Assembly (NCBI GenBank): GCA_035648415.1
Contig: DASRLO010000041.1
Span: 20,966 to 84,965, forward strand
Length of the DNA: 64,000 bases
Origin: Stellaceae bacterium
GTDB lineage: Bacteria; Pseudomonadota; Alphaproteobacteria; ATCC43930; CGMCC-115725
Direction: 5' to 3'
The translations under genes and the position numbers were made by a program. Below, in pieces: positions 26,604 through 35,632 of this stretch; positions within the stretch are counted from its first letter, which is position 1, and each line of letters starts with the position of its first letter. The notes beneath the pieces are model-generated. The model did no database searches, was not told where the DNA came from, and was given only the letters and a program-made list of their open reading frames with translations.

Positions 26604-27701
26604 TCATTTCGCGCCGGTCGCGGGGCGCGCTTGCGCCGCACCGGCAATGCCGCCCTCGGCGGTCGCGCTGCCTTTGGCGCGGGTATCGATCGTGACCACG
26701 ACAGAAAGGCCGGGACGCAGCAGCGACGCCAGCGGTCCGTTTTCCGGCACCGAGATGCGCACCGGCACGCGCTGCACGATCTTGGTGAAATTGCCGGTGG
26801 CGTTGTCGGGCGGCAGCAACGAGAACTCGGCGCCGCTCGCCGGCGCGAAGCTCTCGATGTGACCCTCGATCGCCTGGTCGGGATAGGCGTCGACCGAGAT
26901 TTCCGCCAGTTGCCCGGGGCGCATAAAGGTCAGCTGTGTCTCCTTGAAGTTGGCGGTGACATAGACCAGCGGCAGCGGCACCAGCGACAGGAGCTGCGTT
27001 CCCGGCTTGACGTATTGCCCGGTCTGCCCGGCGCGGTTGCCGGCGATGCCGTCGACCGGGGCGCGGATCACGGTGTCGTCGAGGTCGTTTTGCGCGAGCT
27101 GCAGCGTGGCGTGCGCTTGCATCAGTCGCGCCTCCTCCTCGCGCTTTTGCGCCGCGATCACCGCGAGCTGCTGTTTCTCGGCCTCGAACGCGGCTTTCGC
27201 CTTGAGCAGATTGGCCGCCGCCTTTGTCGCGTCGGCCTCGGCGGTCTCGAAGCGCTGCTTGGTCGCCACTTCGCTGGTCATCAGCGAGACATACCGCTTC
27301 TTGTCGAGATCGGCGCGGCTGACCTCGGCTTCGGCGGATTGGACCATCGCCGCTGCCTGGTTGATCATCGCCTCCTGGTAATCGTGCCGGGTGGCGAACG
27401 TGGCGACCATCGCCTCCTCGCTGGCGACCGCCGCCGAACCCTGCGCGACCTTCGCCGCGAAGTCGGTGTCGTCGATTACGAACAGCACCTGGCCGGCCTT
27501 GACGTGCTGGTTGTCCTGGACGCGCACCTCCTTGATGTAGCCTTCGATTTTCGGACTGATCAGCGAGATGTCGCTCGCGACATAGGCGTCGTCGGTCGAT
27601 TGCTGGAAGCGCCAGACATGCCACCATTGCCAGCCGCCATAGGCCGCCGCCGCCAGCACCAGGATCGGCGCCAAAACCAGAAGCTTCGTGCGCATGCCCA
27701 A
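26604..27701 (-). CDS. HlyD/EmrA-family membrane fusion protein
   Basis: 365 aa with an N-terminal TM helix, DDAYVASDISLISPKIEGYI, a coiled-coil middle and a beta-barrel C-terminus. Confidence 0.88.
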   Translation of the reverse strand: MGMRTKLLVLAPILVLAAAAYGGWQWWHVWRFQQSTDDAYVASDISLISPKIEGYIKEVRVQDNQHVKAGQVLFVIDDTDFAAKVAQGSAAVASEEAMVATFATRHDYQEAMINQAAAMVQSAEAEVSRADLDKKRYVSLMTSEVATKQRFETAEADATKAAANLLKAKAAFEAEKQQLAVIAAQKREEEARLMQAHATLQLAQNDLDDTVIRAPVDGIAGNRAGQTGQYVKPGTQLLSLVPLPLVYVTANFKETQLTFMRPGQLAEISVDAYPDQAIEGHIESFAPASGAEFSLLPPDNATGNFTKIVQRVPVRISVPENGPLASLLRPGLSVVVTIDTRAKGSATAEGGIAGAAQARPATGAK

Positions 27702-27785
27702 AAGGTCGCTTACGCCGCTTAAATTAGACTGAACGGTTCAGTTCAGCCTTGGCAACATGAAAGCCGGGGTACATGCTGTCAAGCG

Positions 27786-28427
27786 ATGAGCGCGACAGAC
27801 GCCAGTATCGCTGTCCCGACGGGGCCGACGGGCAAGGCCGAGAGCATTCTCGCGGCGGCGCGGCGGACGTTTCTCGCCAGCGGGTTCGGCGCGGTCAGCA
27901 TGGATACGATCGCGCGCGAGGCCGGCGCCTCGAAGGCGACGCTCTACGCTTATTTCTCGAGCAAGGAGGAGTTGTTCGGCGCGGTGGTGGCGCATGAGGG
28001 CGAGCGTTATTTCAGCGGCTTCTCGGCGCGCGAGCTCGATCCGCGCAAGGTCGAGGCGTCGCTGACCGAGATCGCCCGCCGCTTCCTCGAACTCGTGCTG
28101 TCGCCAGACGCGATCGCCGTCAACCGCATCACCATCGCCGAGGCGGTGCGGTTCCCGCAGCTCGGCGAGGTCTTCTGGCGCGCCGGACCCGAGCGCACCC
28201 GCAGCCAGATCGAGGCATTCCTGCGCCGCGCCATGGATGCGGGGACGCTCGGCATAACCGATGCGCGGCTCGCCGCCGAACAGTTCATCGCGCTGTTGCG
28301 CGGCGACATCCATCTGCGCCAGCTGCTGCGCCTCGACACGGTCGTCGGCGCGGCCGAATTGGACGCGGCGGCGAACGGCGCCGTCGCGACGTTTCTCAAG
28401 GCTTTCGGGGTGGTCGGAGCCGATTAG
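27786..28427 (+). CDS. TetR/AcrR-family transcriptional regulator
   Basis: 213 aa. The helix-turn-helix is FGAVSMDTIAREAGASKATLYAYFSSKEELF. It is divergent from the emrAB-like operon. Confidence 0.9.
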   Translation: MSATDASIAVPTGPTGKAESILAAARRTFLASGFGAVSMDTIAREAGASKATLYAYFSSKEELFGAVVAHEGERYFSGFSARELDPRKVEASLTEIARRFLELVLSPDAIAVNRITIAEAVRFPQLGEVFWRAGPERTRSQIEAFLRRAMDAGTLGITDARLAAEQFIALLRGDIHLRQLLRLDTVVGAAELDAAANGAVATFLKAFGVVGAD

Positions 28428-28428
28428 C

Positions 28429-30756
28429 ATGGCGACACCAGGCCCGCAGATCGGGCGCGCGCTGCGCCGTGTCGAGGATTCCCGCCTCCTGCGCGGCAAG
28501 GGTCGGTTTGTCGAGGATATCGCCGTGCCGCGGGCGCTGCACGGCGTGGTGCTGCGCTCGCCGCACGGGCATGCCGAGATCGTCGGGATCGAGACGCTGG
28601 CCGCGCGGGCCATGCCCGGCGTCCACGGTGTCTTCACCGCGGCCGATCTCGCGGCGGAGAACATCGGTCCGCTGCCCTGCATCGCCCAGGTCGCGACCAT
28701 CGGACCGCTGATCGTGCCGCCGCGTTGCGCGCTGGCGGTCAAGCGGGTGCGTCATGTCGGCGATCCGGTGGCGTTTGTCGTCGCCGAGACGCGCGAGCAG
28801 GCGCGCGCCGCCGCCGAGCGGGTCGAAATCGGCTATCGCACGTTCCCGGCGGTGGTCGACGGCCCGGCGGCCTTGCTGCCCGGCGCCGTCCAGCTTTGGG
28901 ACGAAGCCCCCGGCAACCTCGCCTTCCGCTTCGAGCGCGGCGACAAGGCGGCGGTCGCCGCGGCGATGGCGGACGCGGCGCATGTCGTCGAGGTCGAGCT
29001 GGTCAACAACCGGCTCGTCGTCGCGCCGATCGAACCGCGCGCCGCGATCGGCCGCTACGACCCGGGCGGCGACGGTTTCGACCTGGTGCTCACCGGGCAG
29101 GGCGTGCACAGCCTGCGCAACCAGCTTGCCGACACGGTCTTCCGGATGCCCCGCGACCGTTTTCGGGTCAGCGCTCCCGATGTCGGCGGCGGGTTCGGGG
29201 TCAAGAACTTCCTCTACCCCGAATATGTGCTGGTGCTGTTCGCGGCGCGGCGGTTCGGCCGGGCGGTCAAATGGATCGGCGAGCGCGGCGAGGATTTTCT
29301 GTCCTCGGCGCAAGGGCGCGACAACCACACGCGCGGCCGCCTCGCGCTCGACGACGATGGCCGCTTTCTTGCGCTCGAAGCGGAAACCGTCGCCAATCTC
29401 GGAGCCTACGTCTCGACCAACGGGCCGGGCAGCTCGACCAATTCGCCGTCGACCGCCCTGGGCGGGGTTTACGCGATCCCGGCGATGTTCATGAGCGTGC
29501 GCGGCGCCTTCACCAACACCGTGCCGATCGACGCCTATCGCGGCGCCGGCAAGCCCGAGGCCAATTACCTGACCGAGCGCCTGGTCGAATTCGCCGCGCG
29601 CCGTCTCGCGATCGACCCCGTCGAGTTGCGGCGCCGCAACCTCGTCCGCGACTTCCCCTATCGCGGCGCGCTCGGCATGGTGATCGACAGCGGCAAGTTC
29701 GCCGCCAGTCTCGCCGCCGCGGTCGAGCGCGCGCGGCGCGCGGGTTTCGCGGCCCGCCGCGCAACCGCGGCTTCCGCCGGAAAGCTGCGCGGGCTCGGCA
29801 TCGCGTGTTTCCTTGAGACCGCCCGCGGCACGCCGAGCGAAGGCGCTGAAATCCGCTTCGAGGCCGATGGCGCGGTGTCGCTGCTGCTCGGCACCCAGTC
29901 GAACGGCCAGGGTCACGAAACCAGCTACAAGCAGATCGCCGCCGACCTTCTGGGCTTGCCGATCGAATCGTTCCGGTTCGTCCAGGCCGACACGCGCGAG
30001 GTCAAGGCCGGCAACGGGCATGGCGGCGCGCGCTCGATGCACCAAGGCGGGTTCGCGCTGCATCGGGCGGCCGCGATGGTCGTCGCCAAGGGCCGTGCGG
30101 TTGCCGCCGGCTTGTTGCAGGCCGAGGCGGCGCGGCTCGATTTCGCCGAGGGGCGGTTTACCGTGCCGGGCAGCGGGCGCGGCGTCGATCTCCTCGCCGT
30201 GGCGCGCGCCGCCGCCGATCCGGCGAGCCTGCCGGAAGGGCTCGCGCCGGGCCTCGATTCCTATGCCTGGAACGAATGCGACGAGTTCACCTTCCCGTCC
30301 GGCGTCCACGTCGCCGAGGTCGAGATCGACGCGGAAACCGGCGCGGTGCGGCTCGAACGCTACCTCGCGGTCGACGATTACGGCCGGGTGATCAACCCGC
30401 TCCTGACCGTGGGCCAGGTCCAGGGCGGCGTCGCGCAGGGCATCGGTCAGGCGATGCTCGAGCACACGGTCTACGACCCGCAATCGGGGCAATTGCTCAG
30501 CGGCTCGCTGCTCGATTACGCGCTGCCCCGCGCCGACGATTTGCCGGCTCTCGACATCACCCTCGACGGGCTGCCGACCGCGGCCAATCCGCTCGGGGTC
30601 AAGGGTTCCGGCCAAGCCGGCTGCATCGCCGCGCCGCAGACCATAATCTGCGCGATCCTCGACGCGCTCAGTCCGCTCGGCATCGACCATTTCGACATGC
30701 CGTCCACCCCCGAGCGCGTGTGGCGCGCGATCAGGGCCGCCCGGCCAGCTCCCTGA
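28429..30756 (+). CDS. Molybdopterin-binding large subunit of the xanthine dehydrogenase / CoxL family (form-II-like)
   Basis: This is the in-frame part of ORF 28261..30756, from MATPGPQIGRALRRVEDSRLLRGKGRF. The active-site loop is AYRGAGKPE. The ATG lies 1 nt after the tetR stop. No FeS or FAD subunit genes are adjacent. Confidence 0.85.
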   Translation: MATPGPQIGRALRRVEDSRLLRGKGRFVEDIAVPRALHGVVLRSPHGHAEIVGIETLAARAMPGVHGVFTAADLAAENIGPLPCIAQVATIGPLIVPPRCALAVKRVRHVGDPVAFVVAETREQARAAAERVEIGYRTFPAVVDGPAALLPGAVQLWDEAPGNLAFRFERGDKAAVAAAMADAAHVVEVELVNNRLVVAPIEPRAAIGRYDPGGDGFDLVLTGQGVHSLRNQLADTVFRMPRDRFRVSAPDVGGGFGVKNFLYPEYVLVLFAARRFGRAVKWIGERGEDFLSSAQGRDNHTRGRLALDDDGRFLALEAETVANLGAYVSTNGPGSSTNSPSTALGGVYAIPAMFMSVRGAFTNTVPIDAYRGAGKPEANYLTERLVEFAARRLAIDPVELRRRNLVRDFPYRGALGMVIDSGKFAASLAAAVERARRAGFAARRATAASAGKLRGLGIACFLETARGTPSEGAEIRFEADGAVSLLLGTQSNGQGHETSYKQIAADLLGLPIESFRFVQADTREVKAGNGHGGARSMHQGGFALHRAAAMVVAKGRAVAAGLLQAEAARLDFAEGRFTVPGSGRGVDLLAVARAAADPASLPEGLAPGLDSYAWNECDEFTFPSGVHVAEVEIDAETGAVRLERYLAVDDYGRVINPLLTVGQVQGGVAQGIGQAMLEHTVYDPQSGQLLSGSLLDYALPRADDLPALDITLDGLPTAANPLGVKGSGQAGCIAAPQTIICAILDALSPLGIDHFDMPSTPERVWRAIRAARPAP

Positions 30757-32056
30757 GCCGGGCGAGGCATTCTTCGCGGTCGGCGGCGAAATCGCCGTCT
30801 TCCCACCAGCGTTTGACCGCGGCGAGCAGCCGCCCGACACGCGGTCCCGGCGCGATCCCCAGCGCGGTCACATCGCCGCCGCTGACCGGGAAGGCAGGAA
30901 GCGGCCAGGTTTCGGCAAATTCCACCAGCTTCCGCAAACGGCCCAATGTCAGCCGCCCGGCTGCGGCCAGCAAGAGCGCCAAGTCGCGGTAGCGCTCGGG
31001 GCCGAGGCGGTAGAGCGCCAGACGTTGCGCCTGCGCAGTGTCGCTGGGATCGAGAGGCCACGGCGCCGCCAACGCGATCAGCCGTTTCCGCTCGGCGACG
31101 GACAGGCGCAGCCGTTCCGCCAATTTGATCGCGGCCGCCCGGTCGACCTCGATCATCGCGGCGAGGCGGAGCAGGGGATCGGCCGGCTTGCCCCCACCCC
31201 GACCCTCCCCCGCAAGCGGGGGAGAGGGTGCGTTTGGTGGGTTGGCGTCTGCCGACCTCCTCCTCCGCAAACGGGGGAGGGTTGGGGAGGGGGTTGACAG
31301 CGCGGCCAGCCTTCCAAGGCGGTCGATGCGCGTCGCCTCGGGCAGGATCGCGCCGAGGACGCCGTCGTCCCGCATCATGTTGAGCGCGCGGATCGGGTTC
31401 GGCAGCGAGAGCAGTCCGCTGAGCTCTCGCCAGATGCGTTCAGCAGATAAGGCAGACAATTTGCCGACCGCACCCTGGCAAGCGACGCGCGCGGCCTGAT
31501 CGCCTCCGCGGTCACCGAAGCGCGCCTCGAATCGGTAGTAGCGCAGGATGCGCAGCACATCCTCGGCGATCCGCGTCGCCGGGTCGCCGACAAAGCGCAC
31601 CCGTCGCGCCGCGAGGTCGGCGCGCCCTCCGACCGGATCGTAAAGCGTGCCGTCCGGCGCCAGGTAGATCGCGTTGATCGTGAAGTCGCGCCGTGCCGCG
31701 TCCTCGTCCCAACCGGCGTCGAACGCGACCCGTGCGCGGCGCCCGAATGTCTCGACGTCGCGCCGCAGAGTAGTGATCTCGAAATGCCGCGGCGGCCCAG
31801 GGGATGTGATCACGGCGGTGACCGTGCCGTGCTCAAGCCCGGTCGGGATGGCCCTGATCCTCGCCGCGGCGAGCGCACCCATTACCGTTTCCGGCCGTGC
31901 CGGGGTGGCAAGGTCGATATCGCCGGTCACGATGCCGAGCAGCGCGTCGCGCACGCAGCCGCCGACAAACCGAACGTCGACCCCGTCCTTCGCCAGCGCC
32001 GCGACCAGCCGCTGCACCGGGCGCTCGGCGAGCCAAGAAGGATGCAGCTCGCTCAC
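30731..32056 (-). CDS. cca: CCA tRNA nucleotidyltransferase / poly(A) polymerase family protein
   Basis: Lies in ORF 30731..32230. Motifs are FVGGCVRDALLG..DIDLAT and GLEHGTVTAV. The GTG at 32056 overlaps the upstream stop (GTGA). It carries an in-frame repeat-derived insertion (see 31191-31295). Confidence 0.85.
   Translation of the reverse strand: MSELHPSWLAERPVQRLVAALAKDGVDVRFVGGCVRDALLGIVTGDIDLATPARPETVMGALAAARIRAIPTGLEHGTVTAVITSPGPPRHFEITTLRRDVETFGRRARVAFDAGWDEDAARRDFTINAIYLAPDGTLYDPVGGRADLAARRVRFVGDPATRIAEDVLRILRYYRFEARFGDRGGDQAARVACQGAVGKLSALSAERIWRELSGLLSLPNPIRALNMMRDDGVLGAILPEATRIDRLGRLAALSTPSPTLPRLRRRRSADANPPNAPSPPLAGEGRGGGKPADPLLRLAAMIEVDRAAAIKLAERLRLSVAERKRLIALAAPWPLDPSDTAQAQRLALYRLGPERYRDLALLLAAAGRLTLGRLRKLVEFAETWPLPAFPVSGGDVTALGIAPGPRVGRLLAAVKRWWEDGDFAADREECLARLRELAGRP
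31191..31295. repeat. Two tandem copies of palindromic repeat family D, inside the cca reading frame
   Basis: Copy one is cccccaccccgaccctcccccgcaagcgggggagagggtgcgtttggtggg (31191-31241). Copy two is gacctcctcctccgcaaacgggggagggttggggaggggg (31254-31295). Both contain the CCGCAA[G/A]CGGGG hairpin core seen at 70-113. Confidence 0.8.
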
Positions 32057-32334
32057 GGCTTCTGGCCCGGCACGATATGGCCCGGCACGATGTGGCCGTT
32101 CTCGACCCGCGGCGGGACGTATGTCCCCGGCGTCGCGATGCCGAAATGGACCGTGACGACGAACAGCACCAGTGCGGTGAGCACAACGCCGATGGCCGCG
32201 AGCGACACCCAGGGCATCCCGCGCCACCACACCGCGCCGGCCGCCTCGGACCAGCGCACCGCCCGCAACCAGACAAGATAGAGCACGGTCGGCAGCACCA
32301 GTGGCACGACGAGGGTCAGGAATTCGCGCAGCAT
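32053..32334 (-). CDS. Small two-TM membrane protein (93 aa), function unknown
   Basis: This is the in-frame tail of ORF 32053..32751, from MLREFLTLVVPLVLPTVLYLVWL. It has a second hydrophobic helix (VSLAAIGVVLTALVLFVVTV). Its stop overlaps the cca GTG. Confidence 0.6.
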   Translation of the reverse strand: MLREFLTLVVPLVLPTVLYLVWLRAVRWSEAAGAVWWRGMPWVSLAAIGVVLTALVLFVVTVHFGIATPGTYVPPRVENGHIVPGHIVPGQKP

Positions 32335-32350
32335 CCCGGCCTCAAGCCGC

Positions 32351-33013
32351 TCAAGGCGCCAGCACCTCGGCAAGATTGACGAGGATCCCGGCGGTGGCTC
32401 CCCAGATGTTGCGGCCCTCGTACGGCAGCACGAAAAATACCCGCGTCCGTCCGGCGGATTCGCGCTCTGTGCGGTTGTGGTTGCGCCGGTCGAGGATATA
32501 GGCGAGCGGCACCTCGAAGGCTTCGGCGACTTCGTAGGGGTCGATCGCCAGCGTGGGAGGCGGCGCGACGATGCCGACGATCGGGGTGATCTCGAAGCCG
32601 GTCCCGGTAACGTAGGTGTCGAGCCGGCCGATGACGCTGACGAGCTCGCGCGGCAACCCGACCTCCTCCTCGGTCTCGCGCAGCGCGGCGGCGACGGCGT
32701 CGGCGTCCTCGCGCTCGATCCGTCCGCCGGGGAACGCAATCTGCCCGGCATGCGCCGACAGATGCGCGGTGCGCTGCGTCAGCAGCACGGTCATGCCATG
32801 CGCACGCTCGATCAGCGGCACCAGCACCGCCGCCGGGCGCAGCGCCGCCGAGGGCGGCGTCGCGCCGGGGTTGAGGTCGTGGTCGCCGCGCGTCGCCTCG
32901 CGCACCTCGGCGGCCTCGACGGGATCGTCGGTGCCGCCGAAACCGCGCCGCCCCGGCGCGCGGCCCGCCAGCCGCGCGATCACTTCTTCGCGAGTGAACG
33001 GTTGGCGGCTCAC
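32351..33013 (-). CDS. CoA pyrophosphatase (Nudix hydrolase)
   Basis: Lies in ORF 32351..33058. The Nudix box is GQIAFPGGRIEREDADAVAAALRETEEEVGL, preceded by LLTQRTAHLSAHAG. The GTG at 33013 overlaps the DUF1285 stop (GTGA). Confidence 0.85.
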   Translation of the reverse strand: MSRQPFTREEVIARLAGRAPGRRGFGGTDDPVEAAEVREATRGDHDLNPGATPPSAALRPAAVLVPLIERAHGMTVLLTQRTAHLSAHAGQIAFPGGRIEREDADAVAAALRETEEEVGLPRELVSVIGRLDTYVTGTGFEITPIVGIVAPPPTLAIDPYEVAEAFEVPLAYILDRRNHNRTERESAGRTRVFFVLPYEGRNIWGATAGILVNLAEVLAP

Positions 33014-33651
33014 GCGTCTTCCGGGTCGCCGAGATCGAAGAATACGCCGTTGCTCCACAGCCCGAACGGCCCGCCGCCGTCGCCGCGTTCGGCGTCGGCC
33101 AGCTCGACCAGTTCGTAGAAGACCGGGCGGTTGATCCGCGCGTCGAGCCCCGGCTGCACCAGGATATAAGGCGCTGGCTCGCCGTTTGCAGCGGTGTCGA
33201 TGCGCAGTCTATGCTCGGGTCCGGCCGCCACAATCTGGTCGAGATTGGTCCGGAAACTGAGGCGGCGTTGGCGCCCGGAGCCTTCGCTGGTCACCTCGAC
33301 GGCGAGAAACGGGGCGTCATCGACAGCGACTCGGCCGCGCTCGGCCGGGGTGACGAGCCAATAACTGCCGTCGTCTTCGCGGCGCAGGACGGTGGCAAAG
33401 AGTTTGACGAGCGGTTGGCGGGCGATCGGGGAACCGCGATAAAACCAGGCGCCGTCGCGGGCGATCCGCATGTCGAGATCGCCGTGATCGACCACGGTAC
33501 GTTTTCTGGGCGGCGGTCTTTGGCCGCGACCTTCCGGCCGCTCCGGGGATTTGCCCGCTGCGGTAATATCGGCGAATGTCGGCCCGGCCGATGTCGGCTT
33601 GCGGCCGCCGCGTTTTAAGGATCGAGAGAATTTGGCTTCCACGTCACCCAT
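33010..33651 (-). CDS. DUF1285-domain protein
   Basis: Lies in ORF 33010..33738. It has RIARDGAWFYRGSPIARQPLVKLFATVLRREDDGSYWLVTPAE. The ATG at 33651 follows GGAGGGGAG. Confidence 0.75.
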   Translation of the reverse strand: MGDVEAKFSRSLKRGGRKPTSAGPTFADITAAGKSPERPEGRGQRPPPRKRTVVDHGDLDMRIARDGAWFYRGSPIARQPLVKLFATVLRREDDGSYWLVTPAERGRVAVDDAPFLAVEVTSEGSGRQRRLSFRTNLDQIVAAGPEHRLRIDTAANGEPAPYILVQPGLDARINRPVFYELVELADAERGDGGGPFGLWSNGVFFDLGDPEDA

Positions 33652-34636
33652 AAACTCCCCTCCGGGGGATCTCGTCGCCGAGGTCGAAGCGCTGGGCGAG
33701 CGGTTGAGCCTTGTCCGCGAGCGGATCGGCGAGGTCATCTTCGGTCAGCGCGAAGTGATCGAGCAAGCGTTGATCACGCTCTTGTCGGGCGGCCATGCGC
33801 TGCTGATCGGCGTGCCGGGTCTCGCCAAGACGCGCCTGGTCGAGACGCTGGGCACGATCCTCGGCGTCGACGACAAGCGCATCCAATGCACCCCCGACCT
33901 GATGCCGGCCGATATTCTCGGTTCCGAGGTGCTTGAGGAAAGCGAGAGCGGGCGGCGCTCGTTTCGCTTCCTGCCGGGTCCGGTGTTCTGCCAGCTCTTG
34001 ATGGCCGACGAGATCAACCGAGCCAGCCCGCGCACCCAATCGGCGCTGTTGCAGGCGATGCAGGAGGGCCGCGTGTCGATCGCCGGCCAGTACCATCCGC
34101 TGCCCCGCCCGTTCCACGTCCTGGCGACGCAGAACCCGCTGGAGCAGGAGGGCACCTACCCGCTGCCCGAGGCGCAGCTCGACCGCTTCCTCCTGCAGAT
34201 CGACGTCGATTACCCCGACCTCGATTCCGAGCGGCGCGTGCTGATCGCGACGACCGGCGCCGACGAGGCCTTACCTCGTCCGGCAATGACCGGCGACGAG
34301 CTGATCGCGGCGCAGCGGCTGGTGCGCCGCATTCCGGTCGGGGACAGCGTCGTCGACGCAATCCTCAAGCTGGTGCGCTCGGGGCGCCCGGAAGCCGGCG
34401 CCGACGGCGCGCGCCGGTTTGTCGCCTGGGGCCCGGGCCCGCGCGCCAGCCAGGCGCTGATGCTCGCCTGCCGGGCGCGAGCGCTGATCGACGGCCGCTA
34501 TGCGCCCTCGGTCGACGATGTGCTGGCGCTGGCGCCGCCGGTGCTGCGCCACCGGATGGCGGTCAGCTTCGCCGGCCGCGCCGAGGGCGTCGGCGTGACC
34601 CAGGTCATCGAGCAGATGATGGCGCCACTCCGGTGA
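33632..34636 (+). CDS. MoxR-family AAA+ ATPase
   Basis: Lies in ORF 33551..34636, which has TTG starts only. Walker A is LLIGVPGLAKT, Walker B is LLMADEINRA, and it has ATQNPLEQEGTYPLPEAQLDRF. The TTG at 33632 gives ~334 aa; the start is uncertain. Confidence 0.88.
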   Translation: MASTSPINSPPGDLVAEVEALGERLSLVRERIGEVIFGQREVIEQALITLLSGGHALLIGVPGLAKTRLVETLGTILGVDDKRIQCTPDLMPADILGSEVLEESESGRRSFRFLPGPVFCQLLMADEINRASPRTQSALLQAMQEGRVSIAGQYHPLPRPFHVLATQNPLEQEGTYPLPEAQLDRFLLQIDVDYPDLDSERRVLIATTGADEALPRPAMTGDELIAAQRLVRRIPVGDSVVDAILKLVRSGRPEAGADGARRFVAWGPGPRASQALMLACRARALIDGRYAPSVDDVLALAPPVLRHRMAVSFAGRAEGVGVTQVIEQMMAPLR

Positions 34637-34661
34637 TCTCGGCCCCCATGACCTTTGCCTC

Positions 34662-35618
34662 ATGATCTCAGCCCGGGCGATCGGGCGGATTTCGACGGCC
34701 GCTCTCGGGCCGCGCCTGGCCGTGCCGTCGCTGCGCCATCGCGCCGAGGACGCCGCAGGCGCGCTGCCGCCGCTGCTCGTCGCTGCCGAGCGCATCGCCG
34801 CGACGGTGGCGCAAGGCGTCCACGGGCGTCGCCGGATCGGCCAGGGCGAGACCTTCTGGCAATTCCGTCAATACGAGCCGGGCGACGCCGCCGGACACAT
34901 CGATTGGCGCGAGAGCGCCAAGTCGCAGCGGCTTTACGTCCGCGAGACCGAGTGGGAGGCGGCGCAGAGCGTGTGGCTGTGGCGCGACGCGTCGCGGTCG
35001 ATGGACTACAGCTCGGCCGCCTACATCCCGGGCGGCGACTGGCCGGCCAAGCGCGAGCGCGCCGAATTGATCGTCGTCGCGCTGGCCAGCCTCCTGGTGC
35101 GCGGCGGTGAGCGGCTGAGCCTGTTGGGCAGCGGCGTCGCCCCGATGAGCGGCCGCATCGCGCTCACCCGGCTCGTCGGCCTCATCGAGCATGACGGCCC
35201 GCACGCCGTCTCGGCGCGGGCCGGGCTGCCCGCGCCCGAGCCGCTGCCGCGTGCGGCGCAATTGGTGCTGGTCGGCGATTTCCTGGGCGATCTCGAAGCC
35301 ACCAACAAGGCCGTCGCCGGGTTCGCCGCTTCCGGCGTCGGCGGCCATCTGCTGCAGATCGTCGATCCGGCCGAGGAGGATTTGCCGTTTGACGGCCGCG
35401 TCCGCTTCGAAGGGGTCGAGGAGCGCGACGATTTGGTCGTCAGCCGTGTGGAAAACATCCGCGATGCCTATGCCGGCCGCTTCCGCCAGCATCGCGACGG
35501 GTTGCAGGCCATCGCCCGCGCGGTCGGCTGGAGCTTCAGCGCGCACCGCACCGATCGGCCGCCGCATCTGGCGCTGCTGGCGCTGCACGCCGCGCTCGCG
35601 CCGGATCGCAGGCGATGA
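34662..35618 (+). CDS. DUF58-domain protein (vWA-like partner of MoxR)
   Basis: 318 aa. The DUF58 core is FRQYEPGDAAGHIDWRESAKSQRLYVRETEWE. Confidence 0.85.
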   Translation: MISARAIGRISTAALGPRLAVPSLRHRAEDAAGALPPLLVAAERIAATVAQGVHGRRRIGQGETFWQFRQYEPGDAAGHIDWRESAKSQRLYVRETEWEAAQSVWLWRDASRSMDYSSAAYIPGGDWPAKRERAELIVVALASLLVRGGERLSLLGSGVAPMSGRIALTRLVGLIEHDGPHAVSARAGLPAPEPLPRAAQLVLVGDFLGDLEATNKAVAGFAASGVGGHLLQIVDPAEEDLPFDGRVRFEGVEERDDLVVSRVENIRDAYAGRFRQHRDGLQAIARAVGWSFSAHRTDRPPHLALLALHAALAPDRRR

Positions 35619-35632
35619 CGGCGGCATAGCGG

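Noticed and set aside
33551-33651. Apparent 100-nt divergent overlap of the moxR and DUF1285 ORFs.
   Set aside because: This is most likely an artefact of taking the longest ORFs. All upstream moxR starts are TTG, and the TTG at 33632 gives a typical ~334-aa MoxR. The residual ~20-nt overlap depends on uncertain start calls, so it is not reported as a finding.
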